From the NCBI GenBank assembly GCA_040387325.1, contig JAZKDY010000076.1:6438-70437 (forward strand): 64,000 bases of DNA. Reading direction: 5' to 3'. Below, piece by piece: positions 54,241 to 63,975 of the stretch. The stretch comes from Pseudomonadota bacterium (GTDB taxonomy: Bacteria > Pseudomonadota > Gammaproteobacteria > Burkholderiales > Burkholderiaceae_C). Positions within the stretch are counted from its first letter, which is position 1, and every line of letters starts with the position of its first letter. The notes beneath the pieces were generated by a model that was given only the letters and a program-made list of their open reading frames with translations, was not told the origin of the DNA and ran no database searches. Position numbers and translations under genes: made by a program.

Positions 54241-55731
54241 GTGAATCCTTCTGCGCAGCACGCCGGCATGGCGTCCGGCCTGCAGCGGCGGCTGCTGCTG
54301 CTGTTGCTGGTGCCGCTGTTCCTGCTGGCGGCGCTGAACGCCTGGTTTGACTACTCCTCCGCCGATAGTGCGGCCCTGCAGCAGGACCGCCAGTTGCTGA
54401 CCATGGTGCCGCTGATGGCCAGTTCGGTCGTGGCGCGCGGAGCCACGCCGGACGCGCCACCGGTGCTGCTGATGGCCCCGCCACTGGAAGATTTCCTGAC
54501 CCAGCGCCCGGGTTTGTCTGCCTATGCCTTTGTTGCCCGCGAAGGCAGTGTGCTGGTCGGCGACAGCTGGCTCAGCGGCATGCCACCGGCCACCGGCGAG
54601 CCCGAGTTCTCCAGCCAGGAGTTTGATGGTGTCACCTACCGCATCGTCAGCCAGCGTGTGCACACCGTGGCCGGCGACCTGGTGCTGCGTCTGGCCGATG
54701 GCTCGGACCCGCGCCAGCAGTGGCTGCGCCTGCTGTGGCTCAAGGTGGGCCTGCCCAACCTGGTGCTGGTGGTGGCCGCCTTCTTTGCCGTGAATTGGGC
54801 CGTGCGCCGGGCGTTGCGCCCGCTGATCGAGCTGAAAGAGGCGGTAGAGCGCCGATCGCCGCGTGACCTTTCGGCGCTGGATGCCCAGGGCTCGCCCGAC
54901 GAGGTGCGCCCACTGGTGCTGTCGTTGAACCGTTTGTTCGACCTGGTCAACGCCCAGGCCGAGAGCCAGCGCCGCTTTGTGGCCGACGCCGCGCACCAGT
55001 TGCGCACGCCGCTGGCCGGTTTGCAGGCCCAGGTGGAGGCGTGGGCACAGGCCGTGGGGGCCACCGCGGCACAGGCCCATCCCGAGCATGTCTATATGGA
55101 AAATAGCCATCTAGCCCCCGCCGATATTGAGAATGCCGCTATCACTTTGGAAGCAGGCCAGATTTTCAAGCTGCGCCAGGCGGTGCGCCGTACGTCGCAG
55201 TTGGCGAACCAGCTGTTGGCCCTGTCGCGCGCCGATGCCCGCAGCGCCAACACCCAGGCCATGCAGCGTGTGGACCTGCGCCAGTTGTGCGAGATGCTGC
55301 TGGAGACCCACCTGGACGCCGCAGCCGCCAAGGAGATCGACCTGGGACTGGAAGCGGTGGACGTACACACCACCGGCCACGAGTGGCTGCTGCGCGAGCT
55401 GCTGGGCAATCTGCTGGACAACGCCATTCGGTACACACCGCACGGCGGTAGCGTCACACTGCGCTGCGGCTGGGCGCAGGAGCCGGGCGCGGACGTTGCC
55501 CAGCCGTTTCTGGAGGTGGAGGATAACGGCCCCGGCGTGCCGGTGGCAGAGCGCACCCGCATGCTGGAGCGCTTCTACCGCGTGGCCGGCACGGTGGGCG
55601 AGGGCAGTGGCCTGGGCCTGGCTATCGCAGAAGAAATCGCCCGGGTGCACAGCAGCCATTTGCAGGTGCTCGATGGGTTTGGCGGGCGGGGTTTGCGTAT
55701 GCGGTTGGAGATTCCTACATCCCGGATTTGA
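54241..55731 (+). CDS. Sensor histidine kinase (QseC/TctE-like)
   Basis: Two TM, HAMP, AAHQLRTPL, NLLDNAIRY, DNGPG, GSGLGL. Confidence 0.9.
   Translation: MNPSAQHAGMASGLQRRLLLLLLVPLFLLAALNAWFDYSSADSAALQQDRQLLTMVPLMASSVVARGATPDAPPVLLMAPPLEDFLTQRPGLSAYAFVAREGSVLVGDSWLSGMPPATGEPEFSSQEFDGVTYRIVSQRVHTVAGDLVLRLADGSDPRQQWLRLLWLKVGLPNLVLVVAAFFAVNWAVRRALRPLIELKEAVERRSPRDLSALDAQGSPDEVRPLVLSLNRLFDLVNAQAESQRRFVADAAHQLRTPLAGLQAQVEAWAQAVGATAAQAHPEHVYMENSHLAPADIENAAITLEAGQIFKLRQAVRRTSQLANQLLALSRADARSANTQAMQRVDLRQLCEMLLETHLDAAAAKEIDLGLEAVDVHTTGHEWLLRELLGNLLDNAIRYTPHGGSVTLRCGWAQEPGADVAQPFLEVEDNGPGVPVAERTRMLERFYRVAGTVGEGSGLGLAIAEEIARVHSSHLQVLDGFGGRGLRMRLEIPTSRI
55102..55155 (+). repeat. 54-bp dispersed element, copy D, in frame inside the kinase CDS
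   Basis: AATAGCCATCTAGCCCCCG-N17-GCTATCACTTTGGAAGCA encodes NSHLAPADIENAAITLEA. Confidence 0.6.
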
Positions 55732-55853
55732 TGGCAGCAACCATTTGCAAACGTCGCGCTACTGTCGTGCAATACGCGAACCCGCACTGGCGTTGTACAG
55801 ACTGTGCCGACAGAGGATCTATATCTGCAGTCACCGAAATTGAAATAGTGGGC

Positions 55854-56861
55854 TCATCGCCGAATCACTCTCAAAGCTGGGCGCTCTATCAAATACCAGG
55901 ACAGACTGGAAAACACCAGGCACAGAGGAATTGCCAACGCCAGCACTGTCCAGCCGCCAAACGCCGGAAAGGCTGCAACCAATGCTTGTTCAATGGGAAA
56001 TCCATATAGATACGTCCCATAAGAAAGGTCAATGCTGCCCCGAGTCTCTGGCCAGCGACGTCCCAACGCAAGTGCCAAGTTCACAACGAATAAAGCCAGA
56101 GATGCAATAACGAGGTAATGCGTCAGGGCGCTTGCCGGCAACCACCACCAAGCCACTATCAGGGCTCCCGCCGCCAACACGGGGGACTTGGGAAGCCAGT
56201 TTTGGTTCTGGTACGCGAGGGCGCCGAATAAAAATGCGGAGTAATAGCCAGGCAGCGCCTCTCTCCATGCCATCTGGTTAAACAATAGTGCCCGGTCCCC
56301 AAATCCAATCGCAAGTGCCAGCAGGACCAGCAAGCTGAGGTTCGCCATCCAGCGATTCTTCAGCAGACCTGCCATACCGAGTAGGAGAATGGCTAAATAG
56401 CAGGTCACCTCGATCGGAATGGTCCATAACGAACCGTTCACCGCATTGGGGACTGGATTTTCCAGGAATACGCCAGGTAGTTCCAGATGGGTCTGCAACA
56501 GCAGATTGTTGATGAAAAATTCTCGAACCCCGGAATGCTGCCAATAGAGGTTCTGCGGCATGCTCGTAAAGCAGGCTCCGACCAGGATCGAAAACAACAG
56601 GCAGCCCAAGAGGCCCGGGAAGACCCGCAGAAAACGTTTTTGTACGAAGCCTTTCGCGTCTGGACTTTGGCTCCAACTTTGTGAAATCAGGAACCCGCTG
56701 ATGATGAAGAACAGCGTCACACCAAACCCCCCGAATCCCGCCAGCGATGGAAACGCGGTCAGGAGCGCAGTTGGTGGTTTTCCGCTAAGAGCGAAAGCGT
56801 GTGCTGTAAGGACGGCGAGGGCTGCGAGGTGGCGAAAAGTTAGGAAATGTCGCGGGTGCAT
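55854..56861 (-). CDS. Acyltransferase-3 (OafA/YrhL) membrane O-acyltransferase
   Basis: RHLAA..V..H, GVTLFFIISGFLI, RFLRVFP, NGSLWTIPIE, SYGTYLYGFP, SWYLIERP; visibly lower GC. Confidence 0.88.
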   Translation of the reverse strand: MHPRHFLTFRHLAALAVLTAHAFALSGKPPTALLTAFPSLAGFGGFGVTLFFIISGFLISQSWSQSPDAKGFVQKRFLRVFPGLLGCLLFSILVGACFTSMPQNLYWQHSGVREFFINNLLLQTHLELPGVFLENPVPNAVNGSLWTIPIEVTCYLAILLLGMAGLLKNRWMANLSLLVLLALAIGFGDRALLFNQMAWREALPGYYSAFLFGALAYQNQNWLPKSPVLAAGALIVAWWWLPASALTHYLVIASLALFVVNLALALGRRWPETRGSIDLSYGTYLYGFPIEQALVAAFPAFGGWTVLALAIPLCLVFSSLSWYLIERPALRVIRR

Positions 56862-57070
56862 TGTGACTAGAGATCGGAAATTTGATACGCGATGAGGAGC
56901 ACCGCATTGTTATTTGGCAGTTGACTCGGGGAGTATGCGTCATAGGGAAAGTGCCAAGCCCGGAACGGCAAATGCCTTGAACCCCGTTAGGCATTGGATT
57001 GGCGGATCCCTAGGAAAACCCTGACGAACCCTATGCGAGAATGATTTTTATCACCACCGCTTTGCGCACC

Positions 57071-57781
57071 ATGCCAGACGCCCTTACCCAGTCCCTTGAG
57101 CCAGTAGAAGACCACGCCCAAGCCGGGTCGGAGCCTGACGCGTCGGCAGCCACGCCCCCCGTCCGCAAGCGCCCCAAACCGGGCGAGCGCCGGGTGCAGA
57201 TACTGCAGGCGCTTGCCAGCATGCTGGAGCAGCCCAGCGGTGACCGCATCACCACCGCTGCACTGGCGGCCCGGCTCGATGTCAGCGAAGCGGCGCTGTA
57301 CCGCCACTTCGCCAGCAAGGCGCAGATGTTCGAAGGCCTGATCGAATTTATTGAGCAAAGCGTGTTCTCGCTGGTCAACCAGATCGCGGAGCGCGAGCAG
57401 GCGAATGCCGATGGTGTGGCCGATGTCGGTCAACGCCAGGCGGCCAAGCTGGTTGCGATGCTGGTGCAGTTTGCCGAGAAAAACCCGGGCATGGCCCGCG
57501 TCATGGTCGGTGATGCCCTGGTGTTCGAAAACGAGCGCCTGATCGCCCGCATGAACCAGTTCTTTGACAAGATAGAGGCAACACTGAAGCAGTGCCTGCG
57601 TGATGGCGCCCATCTCAACGCATCAGCCAGCGCCTCGGCCACACCGACCGTGGACGCGCAGGTGCGGGCATCCGTGCTGGCGGCCTTTGTGGGTGGGCGC
57701 CTGCAGCGTTTTGTGCGTTCGGGTTACAAGCGCCTGCCGTCCGAGAACCTGGACGCCAGCTTGCGGGTGTTGCTGGGGTAA
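57071..57781 (+). CDS. slmA: Nucleoid occlusion factor SlmA
   Basis: RKRPKPGERRVQILQALA, ITTAALA..VSEAALYRHFASKAQMFEGLIEFIE. Confidence 0.92.
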   Translation: MPDALTQSLEPVEDHAQAGSEPDASAATPPVRKRPKPGERRVQILQALASMLEQPSGDRITTAALAARLDVSEAALYRHFASKAQMFEGLIEFIEQSVFSLVNQIAEREQANADGVADVGQRQAAKLVAMLVQFAEKNPGMARVMVGDALVFENERLIARMNQFFDKIEATLKQCLRDGAHLNASASASATPTVDAQVRASVLAAFVGGRLQRFVRSGYKRLPSENLDASLRVLLG

Positions 57782-57852
57782 ACCCATGGCCGGTTTAGAA
57801 AACCGGCTCTAGACCAAAAAAAATTTCCCGGCAAGGGGTGTAATGGATGCAG

Positions 57853-57872
57853 AATAGCACGATCGTTCTATT
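57853..57872. promoter_or_regulatory. TetR operator (FadP-like palindrome)
   Basis: AATAGCACG-AT-CGTTCTATT, 20-bp palindrome with one mismatched pair, directly before the tetR-fad operon. Confidence 0.75.
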
Positions 57873-57890
57873 TTGTAGTACATTGCGTCC

Positions 57891-58598
57891 ATGTCTATTG
57901 CGTCCCTCTCCGCCAAGCTGATTCGCAAAGCCCGTCCGGCTGAAGCCCGTTCGGGCACCGCCGCTGGCGGCAAAGTCCCGTCGGGCCGTGCCCTGCAAAA
58001 GGGCCAGCAAACCAAACTGGCCATTGTGGATGCGGCTCTGGGTCTGGCCACCCAGATCGGACTGGAAGGCCTGAGCATCGGCGCGCTGGCCGAAGCCACC
58101 AACATGAGCAAGTCCGGGGTGTTCGCCCACTTCGGTTCGCGCGAAGAGCTGCAGATTTCTGTCATCCACCAATACTTTGCGCATTTTGAGCGTGATGTCT
58201 TTTACGCTGCCATGGAGCAGCCGCGTGGCCTGCCCCGGGTCAAGGCCCTGTTTGCCAACTGGATGAAGCTGGTGGCCGAAGAGATCCAGGCCGGCTGCAT
58301 TTTCATCAGCGGCGCCGTTGAGTTTGACGACCGTCCCGGCCCGGTGCGCGATGCGCTGGCCACGTCGGTGCAGACCTGGCTGGCCGCGATGAACCGCTCC
58401 ATCGTGCTGGCCAAGGCCTGCGGCGATTTGCGTGCCGATGTCGACGAAGAACAAATGGCATTCGAGATCCACGGCCTGATCCTGGCCCTGCACTACGAAG
58501 CCCGTTTCCTGAACAAGCCCGGCTCGATTGATCGTGCCAACAAGGGCTTTGACAACATCCTTGCGCGTTACGGCGCGCAGGCAACTTCCACTTCCTGA
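57891..58598 (+). CDS. TetR family regulator of fatty-acid degradation (FadP-like)
   Basis: GLEGLSIGALA..MSKSGVFAHFGSREELQ; heads the beta-oxidation operon. Confidence 0.88.
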   Translation: MSIASLSAKLIRKARPAEARSGTAAGGKVPSGRALQKGQQTKLAIVDAALGLATQIGLEGLSIGALAEATNMSKSGVFAHFGSREELQISVIHQYFAHFERDVFYAAMEQPRGLPRVKALFANWMKLVAEEIQAGCIFISGAVEFDDRPGPVRDALATSVQTWLAAMNRSIVLAKACGDLRADVDEEQMAFEIHGLILALHYEARFLNKPGSIDRANKGFDNILARYGAQATSTS

Positions 58599-58634
58599 TT
58601 TTTCTGAATCACCGTTCCACAAGGAGTAACCACC

Positions 58635-60431
58635 ATGCCTACATACACCCCACCCCTGCGCGACATGCAGTTTGTGATGCACGAAGTGCTCAAGGTTGTG
58701 GACGACTTCAAGCAAATCCCGCAACACGCCGAGATGGATGTAGACACCATCAACGCGGTGCTGGAGGAGGGCGGCAAGTTCGCCTCCGAAGTCATCTTCC
58801 CGTTGAACATTCCCGGTGACGCCGAGGGCTGCACACTGGACACCAAGACCCACGCGGTGACCACACCCAAGGGTTTCAAGGAAGCCTACAAGACGTATAT
58901 CGAAGGCGGCTGGGCGGCTTTGGGCTGCGACCCCGAGTTTGGCGGCCAGGGCCTGCCCCTGGTGGTCAACAGCATGTTCTACGAAATGCTGAACAGCACC
59001 AACCAGGCCTGGACCATGTACCCCGGCCTGACACACGGCGCCTATGCTGCGCTGCACACACACGGTACAGACGAGCAGAAGCAGACCTATCTGCACAAGA
59101 TGACCAGCGGCGAGTGGACGGGCTCCATGTGCCTCACCGAACCCCATTGCGGTACCGATCTGGGCCTGATGCGCACCAAGGCCGAGCCCCAGGCCGACGG
59201 CACCTACAAGATCACCGGGAACAAGATTTTCATCAGCGCCGGTGAACACGACATGGCCGACAACATCATCCACCTGGTGTTGGCCCGCCTGCCCGATGCG
59301 CCCCCCGGCATCAAGGGTGTCAGCCTGTTCATCGTGCCCAAGTTCAATGTGAACAAGGATGGCTCGCTGGGTAGCCGCAACGGCATCTACTGCGGTGGCC
59401 TGGAGCACAAGATGGGCATCAAGGCCAACGCCACTGCCCAGATCGTGCTGGAAGACGCCATTGGCACCATGGTCGGCCAGCCCAACAAGGGCATGCAAGG
59501 CATGTTCGTGATGATGAACGCCGCACGCCTGGGCGTGGGCAACCAGTCGCTGGGCCTGACCGAAGTGGCGTTCCAGAACGCGCTGGCCTATGCCAAGGAC
59601 CGCATCCAGATGCGCAGCCTGTCCGGCCCCAAGGCCAAGGACAAGCCAGCTGATCCGATCATCGTGCACCCCGATGTGCGCAAGATGCTGCTGACCGCCA
59701 AGGCCTATGCCGAAGGTGGCCGCGCGCTGCAGGCCTTCTGCTCCATGCTGCTGGAAAAAGAACACGGCCATCCCGACGAAAAAGTGCGCAAGGATTCCGG
59801 TGAACTGCTGGCCATGCTGACCCCCATCGTCAAGGCCTTCATCACCGACAACGGCCACATCTCCACCAATGCCTGCATGCAGGTGTTTGGTGGCCACGGT
59901 TTCATCAAGGAATGGGGCATGGAACAGTTTGTGCGCGACAACCGCATCAACATGATCTATGAAGGCACCAATACTATCCAGTCGCTGGACCTGCTGGGCC
60001 GCAAGATCCTGGGCAATAACGGCGCCACGCTGAAGAAATTTGGCAAGCTAGTAGGCCAACTGGTGGAAGAAGAAGGCGTCAATGAAAAGATGGCCGAGTT
60101 CATCACCCCCATTGCCATCCTGGGTGACCAGATGACCAAGTTCACGACCGAAATCGGTTTCAAGGGCTTCCAGAACCCCGACGAAGTGGGCGCCGCTGCG
60201 GTGGACTACCTGCGCGTGGCCGGCCACCTGGTGTTTGGTTACTTCTGGGCTCGCATGGCACAAGTGGCGCTGCGCGAAATCGCCGCTGGCAATACCGACC
60301 CCTTCTACGGCGCCAAGCTGCAGACCGCACGTTTCTACTTCGGCAAGTTGTTCCCCGAGACCGCAACCCTGATGCGCACCGCACGTGCTGGCAGCAAGGT
60401 GTTGATGGATACCGATCTGGCATTGGCCTGA
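58635..60431 (+). CDS. Acyl-CoA dehydrogenase (about 600-aa type)
   Basis: MCLTEPHCGTD, KIFISAGEHD, EHKMGI, GGHGFI, IYEGTN. Confidence 0.93.
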   Translation: MPTYTPPLRDMQFVMHEVLKVVDDFKQIPQHAEMDVDTINAVLEEGGKFASEVIFPLNIPGDAEGCTLDTKTHAVTTPKGFKEAYKTYIEGGWAALGCDPEFGGQGLPLVVNSMFYEMLNSTNQAWTMYPGLTHGAYAALHTHGTDEQKQTYLHKMTSGEWTGSMCLTEPHCGTDLGLMRTKAEPQADGTYKITGNKIFISAGEHDMADNIIHLVLARLPDAPPGIKGVSLFIVPKFNVNKDGSLGSRNGIYCGGLEHKMGIKANATAQIVLEDAIGTMVGQPNKGMQGMFVMMNAARLGVGNQSLGLTEVAFQNALAYAKDRIQMRSLSGPKAKDKPADPIIVHPDVRKMLLTAKAYAEGGRALQAFCSMLLEKEHGHPDEKVRKDSGELLAMLTPIVKAFITDNGHISTNACMQVFGGHGFIKEWGMEQFVRDNRINMIYEGTNTIQSLDLLGRKILGNNGATLKKFGKLVGQLVEEEGVNEKMAEFITPIAILGDQMTKFTTEIGFKGFQNPDEVGAAAVDYLRVAGHLVFGYFWARMAQVALREIAAGNTDPFYGAKLQTARFYFGKLFPETATLMRTARAGSKVLMDTDLALA

Positions 60432-60486
60432 TACCGGTCCGTTTTGCCTGCCTGTTTGTTCGATTCAATAAAAAAGAGGAGTTTCC

Positions 60487-60924
60487 ATGTTGCGTTCAGC
60501 TATTGCGGTATTGGTGGTGTGTGGGTTCAGCGTTTCGGCCATGGCACAAATGTCCCCCGTGGGCCTGTGGCAGACCATTGACGACAAGGATGGCACGCCC
60601 AAGTCTGAAATCCGCATTGTGGAGACCGCAGGTGTCGTGTCCGGCAAGGTTGAAAAGTTTCTGGACCCCAAGACCAAGCTGGATGAGAAATGCGTGGAAT
60701 GCACCGATGAACGCAAGGACAAACTGATCCTGGGCATGGAGATCCTGCGTGGCCTGAAGAAAACCGAAGGCAAGGACGTATGGGAGGGTGGCAACATCCT
60801 CGACCCGAACAACGGCAAGATTTACAAGGCCACCGTAACCCCCATTGAAGGCGGCAAGAAGCTGCAGATGCGCGGCTACATCGGCTTCTTCTACCGCACC
60901 CAAACCTGGACCCGAATCCAGTAA
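60487..60924 (+). CDS. DUF2147 domain protein
   Basis: SPVGLWQTIDD, WEGGNILDPNNGKIY, MRGYIG..RTQTW. Confidence 0.9.
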   Translation: MLRSAIAVLVVCGFSVSAMAQMSPVGLWQTIDDKDGTPKSEIRIVETAGVVSGKVEKFLDPKTKLDEKCVECTDERKDKLILGMEILRGLKKTEGKDVWEGGNILDPNNGKIYKATVTPIEGGKKLQMRGYIGFFYRTQTWTRIQ

Positions 60925-61000
60925 TAGCGAATACCTTGCGGGACAGACCGCAGTGGCAAGGCCACAAGCTCTGTCCTCAACTGTTTAAGAAGGAACTTTT

Positions 61001-63400
61001 ATGTCCCGTTTCCAAGTCAGAAAAGTCGCCGTGCTCGGCGCCGGCGTGATGGGCGCGCAGATCGCCGCCCACCTGGTCAATGTCAAAGTGCCCGTGGTGC
61101 TGTTTGACCTGCCGGCCAAGGAAGGCCCCAAGAACGGCATCGTCACCAAGGCGGTTGAAGGCCTGAAAAAACTCAAGCCCGCGCCCCTGGGTGTGGCCGA
61201 AGATGCAGGGTTGATCCAGCAGGCCAATTACGAAGAGCACATGGCGCTGCTGGGCGAGTGCGACCTGATCATCGAAGCCATTGCCGAACGCATGGACTGG
61301 AAGCTGGACCTGTACAAGAAGATTGCGCCTTTTGTCGCACCCCATGCCATCGTGGCGTCCAACACATCGGGCCTGTCGATCACCAAACTGAGTGAAGCGC
61401 TGCCCGAAGAAATCAAGCCACGTTTCTGCGGCATCCACTTCTTCAACCCACCCCGCTACATGGCCCTGGTGGAGTTGATCAACACCCCCACCACACAAGC
61501 CCAGGTATTGGACGATCTGGAAGCCTTTGTCACCAGCAACCTGGGCAAGGGCGTGGTCCATGCCAAGGACTCCCCCAACTTCATCGCCAACCGCGTCGGC
61601 ATTGCCGGCATGTTGACGACGATGAAAGAGGTCGAGAACTTCGGCCTGACATTTGATGTCGTCGACGACCTGACTGGCAAGAAGCTGGGCCGCGCATCCA
61701 GCGGCACGTTCCGCACCGCGGATGTGGTCGGTCTGGACACCATGGCCCACGTCATCAAGACGCTGCAGGACACGCTGTCTATCGAAACCGATCCGTTCTA
61801 CGAAAGTTTTGCAACACCTGCCGTGTTGAAGACCTTGCTCGAAATGGGCAACCTGGGCCAGAAGACCAAGGCAGGCTTCTTCAAGAAAGTTGGCCGCGAT
61901 GTGCTGCGCTTTGATCTGGCCAGCAAAGAATACGTGCCTGCCGGTGAAAAGGCCGACGAGGTGTACGGCCGCATGCTCAAAAAGCCGGCTGCCGAGCGCC
62001 TAACGCTGCTGCGCAATGCCGAAGGTAAGCAGGGCCAGTTCCTGTGGGCTATCTTGCGCAATGCCTTCCATTACGCGGCCGTGCACCTGGCATCGATTGC
62101 CGACAACGCGCGTGACGTGGACTTCTGCATGCGCTGGGGTTTTGGCATGCAGCAAGGTCCGTTCGAGCTGTGGCAGGAAGCCGGTTGGCTGGAAGTGGCC
62201 AAGATGGTCCAGGAAGATATCGACGCCGGCAAGGCGCTGTGCAAGGCACCGCTGCCCAAGTGGGTGTTTGAAGGCCCCGTCGCCGAGCGCGGTGGTGTGC
62301 ACCAGCCCGAAGGTTCGTTCAACCCCACTACCGGCAAGTTTGTTGCACCGCGCAGCCTGCCCGTGTATGCCCGCCAGCACTTTCCCGAAAGCGTGCTGGG
62401 TGCGAATGCACCTTCGGCCACGACGGCCGGCAAGACGCTGCATGAAGATGACGACATCCGCCTGTGGACGCTGGATGATGAAGTCGTCATTGCCAGCATC
62501 AAGACCAAGATGCATGCCATCGGCCCCGGTGTGGTCGAAGGCCTGTTGACCGGTCTGGACATGGCCGAGAAAGATTACAAGGGCTTGGTGGTCTGGTCTC
62601 CGGATGACATGTTCTCCGCGGGTGCCGACTTGCAATCCATGCTGCCCGCCTTCATGATCGGTGGCGTTGCCGCGATCGACGGTGCCGAGCTGGAGATGCA
62701 GCAGGCCATGCTGAAGCTGCGCTACTCCAATGTGCCGGTGGTCTCCGCGGTGCGCGGCCTGGCGCTGGGTGGTGGCTGTGAACTGGCCGTGTACTCCAGC
62801 CGCCGCGTCGTGGCCATGGAAAGTTACATCGGACTGGTGGAAGTGGGTGTAGGCCTGGTGCCCGGTGCCGGCGGCCTGACTTACATCGCCCGCCGCGCTG
62901 CCGAAAACATGGCACTGTCCACATCCAAGGACCTGCTGCCCTTCCTGACCGAAGGTTTCACCGGCGCCGCCATGGCCAAGGTGGGTACCAGCGCGCTGGA
63001 AAGCCGCAAGCTGGGCTACCTGCTGGACAGCGACGTCATCGTGCCGCACAAGGACGAGTTGTTGTTCGTCGCCATCAACGAGGCCAAGGCATTGGCTGCC
63101 GGTGGCTACCGCGCACCACACAAACGCCTGTTCCCGGTGGCCGGCCGCAGCGGCATTGCCACCATCACGGCGCAACTGGTCAATATGCGCGACGGTCGTT
63201 TCATCAGCGCGCACGACTTCCATATCGGCAAACTGATTGCCGAAGTGGTATGTGGCGGCCAAGTGGATGCCGGCACCCTGGTCAGCGAGGAATACGTTAT
63301 GACCCTGGAGCGCAAGGCCTTCACATCGTTGCTGACCAACGCCAAGACCCAGGAACGCATCATGGGCATGATGAGCACCGGCAAGCCCGTGCGCAACTGA
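61001..63400 (+). CDS. 3-hydroxyacyl-CoA dehydrogenase/enoyl-CoA hydratase (FadN-like)
   Basis: GAGVMG, SNTSG, HFFNP, FIANR; FSAGADL, GGGCE, EVGVGLVPG. Confidence 0.93.
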   Translation: MSRFQVRKVAVLGAGVMGAQIAAHLVNVKVPVVLFDLPAKEGPKNGIVTKAVEGLKKLKPAPLGVAEDAGLIQQANYEEHMALLGECDLIIEAIAERMDWKLDLYKKIAPFVAPHAIVASNTSGLSITKLSEALPEEIKPRFCGIHFFNPPRYMALVELINTPTTQAQVLDDLEAFVTSNLGKGVVHAKDSPNFIANRVGIAGMLTTMKEVENFGLTFDVVDDLTGKKLGRASSGTFRTADVVGLDTMAHVIKTLQDTLSIETDPFYESFATPAVLKTLLEMGNLGQKTKAGFFKKVGRDVLRFDLASKEYVPAGEKADEVYGRMLKKPAAERLTLLRNAEGKQGQFLWAILRNAFHYAAVHLASIADNARDVDFCMRWGFGMQQGPFELWQEAGWLEVAKMVQEDIDAGKALCKAPLPKWVFEGPVAERGGVHQPEGSFNPTTGKFVAPRSLPVYARQHFPESVLGANAPSATTAGKTLHEDDDIRLWTLDDEVVIASIKTKMHAIGPGVVEGLLTGLDMAEKDYKGLVVWSPDDMFSAGADLQSMLPAFMIGGVAAIDGAELEMQQAMLKLRYSNVPVVSAVRGLALGGGCELAVYSSRRVVAMESYIGLVEVGVGLVPGAGGLTYIARRAAENMALSTSKDLLPFLTEGFTGAAMAKVGTSALESRKLGYLLDSDVIVPHKDELLFVAINEAKALAAGGYRAPHKRLFPVAGRSGIATITAQLVNMRDGRFISAHDFHIGKLIAEVVCGGQVDAGTLVSEEYVMTLERKAFTSLLTNAKTQERIMGMMSTGKPVRN

Positions 63401-63401
63401 T

Positions 63402-63938
63402 ATGTCCACGACCGCTCGTCCCAACCGCCTCGCGCGCACACTGGCCCAACTGGACAGGGTGCCCGCACCGCTGCGCCCGATGGTGCGCAACCTCGTGTTG
63501 CGCCGTGCCGTGCCTTTTACCGGTACCGCCCGCCTGGACTTTGCCGTGATGACGCCCGAGAAGGTGGAGATCACCATTGCCAACCAGCGCCGGGTGCAAA
63601 ACCACATTCAGGGTGTGCACGCTGCCGCCATGACGCTGTTGGCTGAAACGGCCACCGGCATGGTGGTCGGCATGAATGTGCGCGACGATTGCCTGCCCCT
63701 GGCCAAGGAACTCAAGGTGCAGTTCAAGCGCCGCACCCAGGGCGACATGCGCGCCGTAGCCCAACTGACCCCGCAGCAGCGCCAGCTGATGCAGACGCAG
63801 GACAAGGGCGAAGTCGTGGTCCCCGTGACGGTGACGGATGCCTCGGGTGAAGAGCCTATCCAGTGTGAATTTGTCTGGGCTTGGGTGCCGTCCGCCAAGA
63901 AGGCTGCTACCCCCAAGACCAGTAGCGTTCCGGCCTGA
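63402..63938 (+). CDS. DUF4442/PaaI-like hotdog thioesterase
   Basis: QNHIQGVHAAAMTLLAE. Confidence 0.8.
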   Translation: MSTTARPNRLARTLAQLDRVPAPLRPMVRNLVLRRAVPFTGTARLDFAVMTPEKVEITIANQRRVQNHIQGVHAAAMTLLAETATGMVVGMNVRDDCLPLAKELKVQFKRRTQGDMRAVAQLTPQQRQLMQTQDKGEVVVPVTVTDASGEEPIQCEFVWAWVPSAKKAATPKTSSVPA

Positions 63939-63975
63939 GGCCGGGACCATCCCAGAACCGAAAAGGAGTTACTCC

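Noticed and set aside
55854-56861. Acyltransferase as the modifier of the cyclic glucan
   Set aside because: 43 kb from the synthase, no box, different base composition; no supporting evidence in the sequence.
56968-56995. attC-like GCCTAAC...GTTCAAG on the minus strand upstream of the acyltransferase
   Set aside because: Spacer is 3 nt rather than 5, no complementary L'/R' boxes, wrong side of the gene, and no integrase in the window.
57796-57850. Possible fifth copy of the 54-bp element (AAAACCGGCTCTAGACC)
   Set aside because: Only the first ~15 nt resemble it; the GCTA..AGCA half is absent at the required spacing.
102-63950. Many long overlapping ORFs (e.g. 3780-5360 -, 21146-22741 +, 23904-25826 +, 32055-33758 +, 57795-59897 -, 62000-63607 -)
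   Set aside because: Antisense or alternate-frame shadows of recognisable genes, expected in high-GC DNA; no motifs or RBS.
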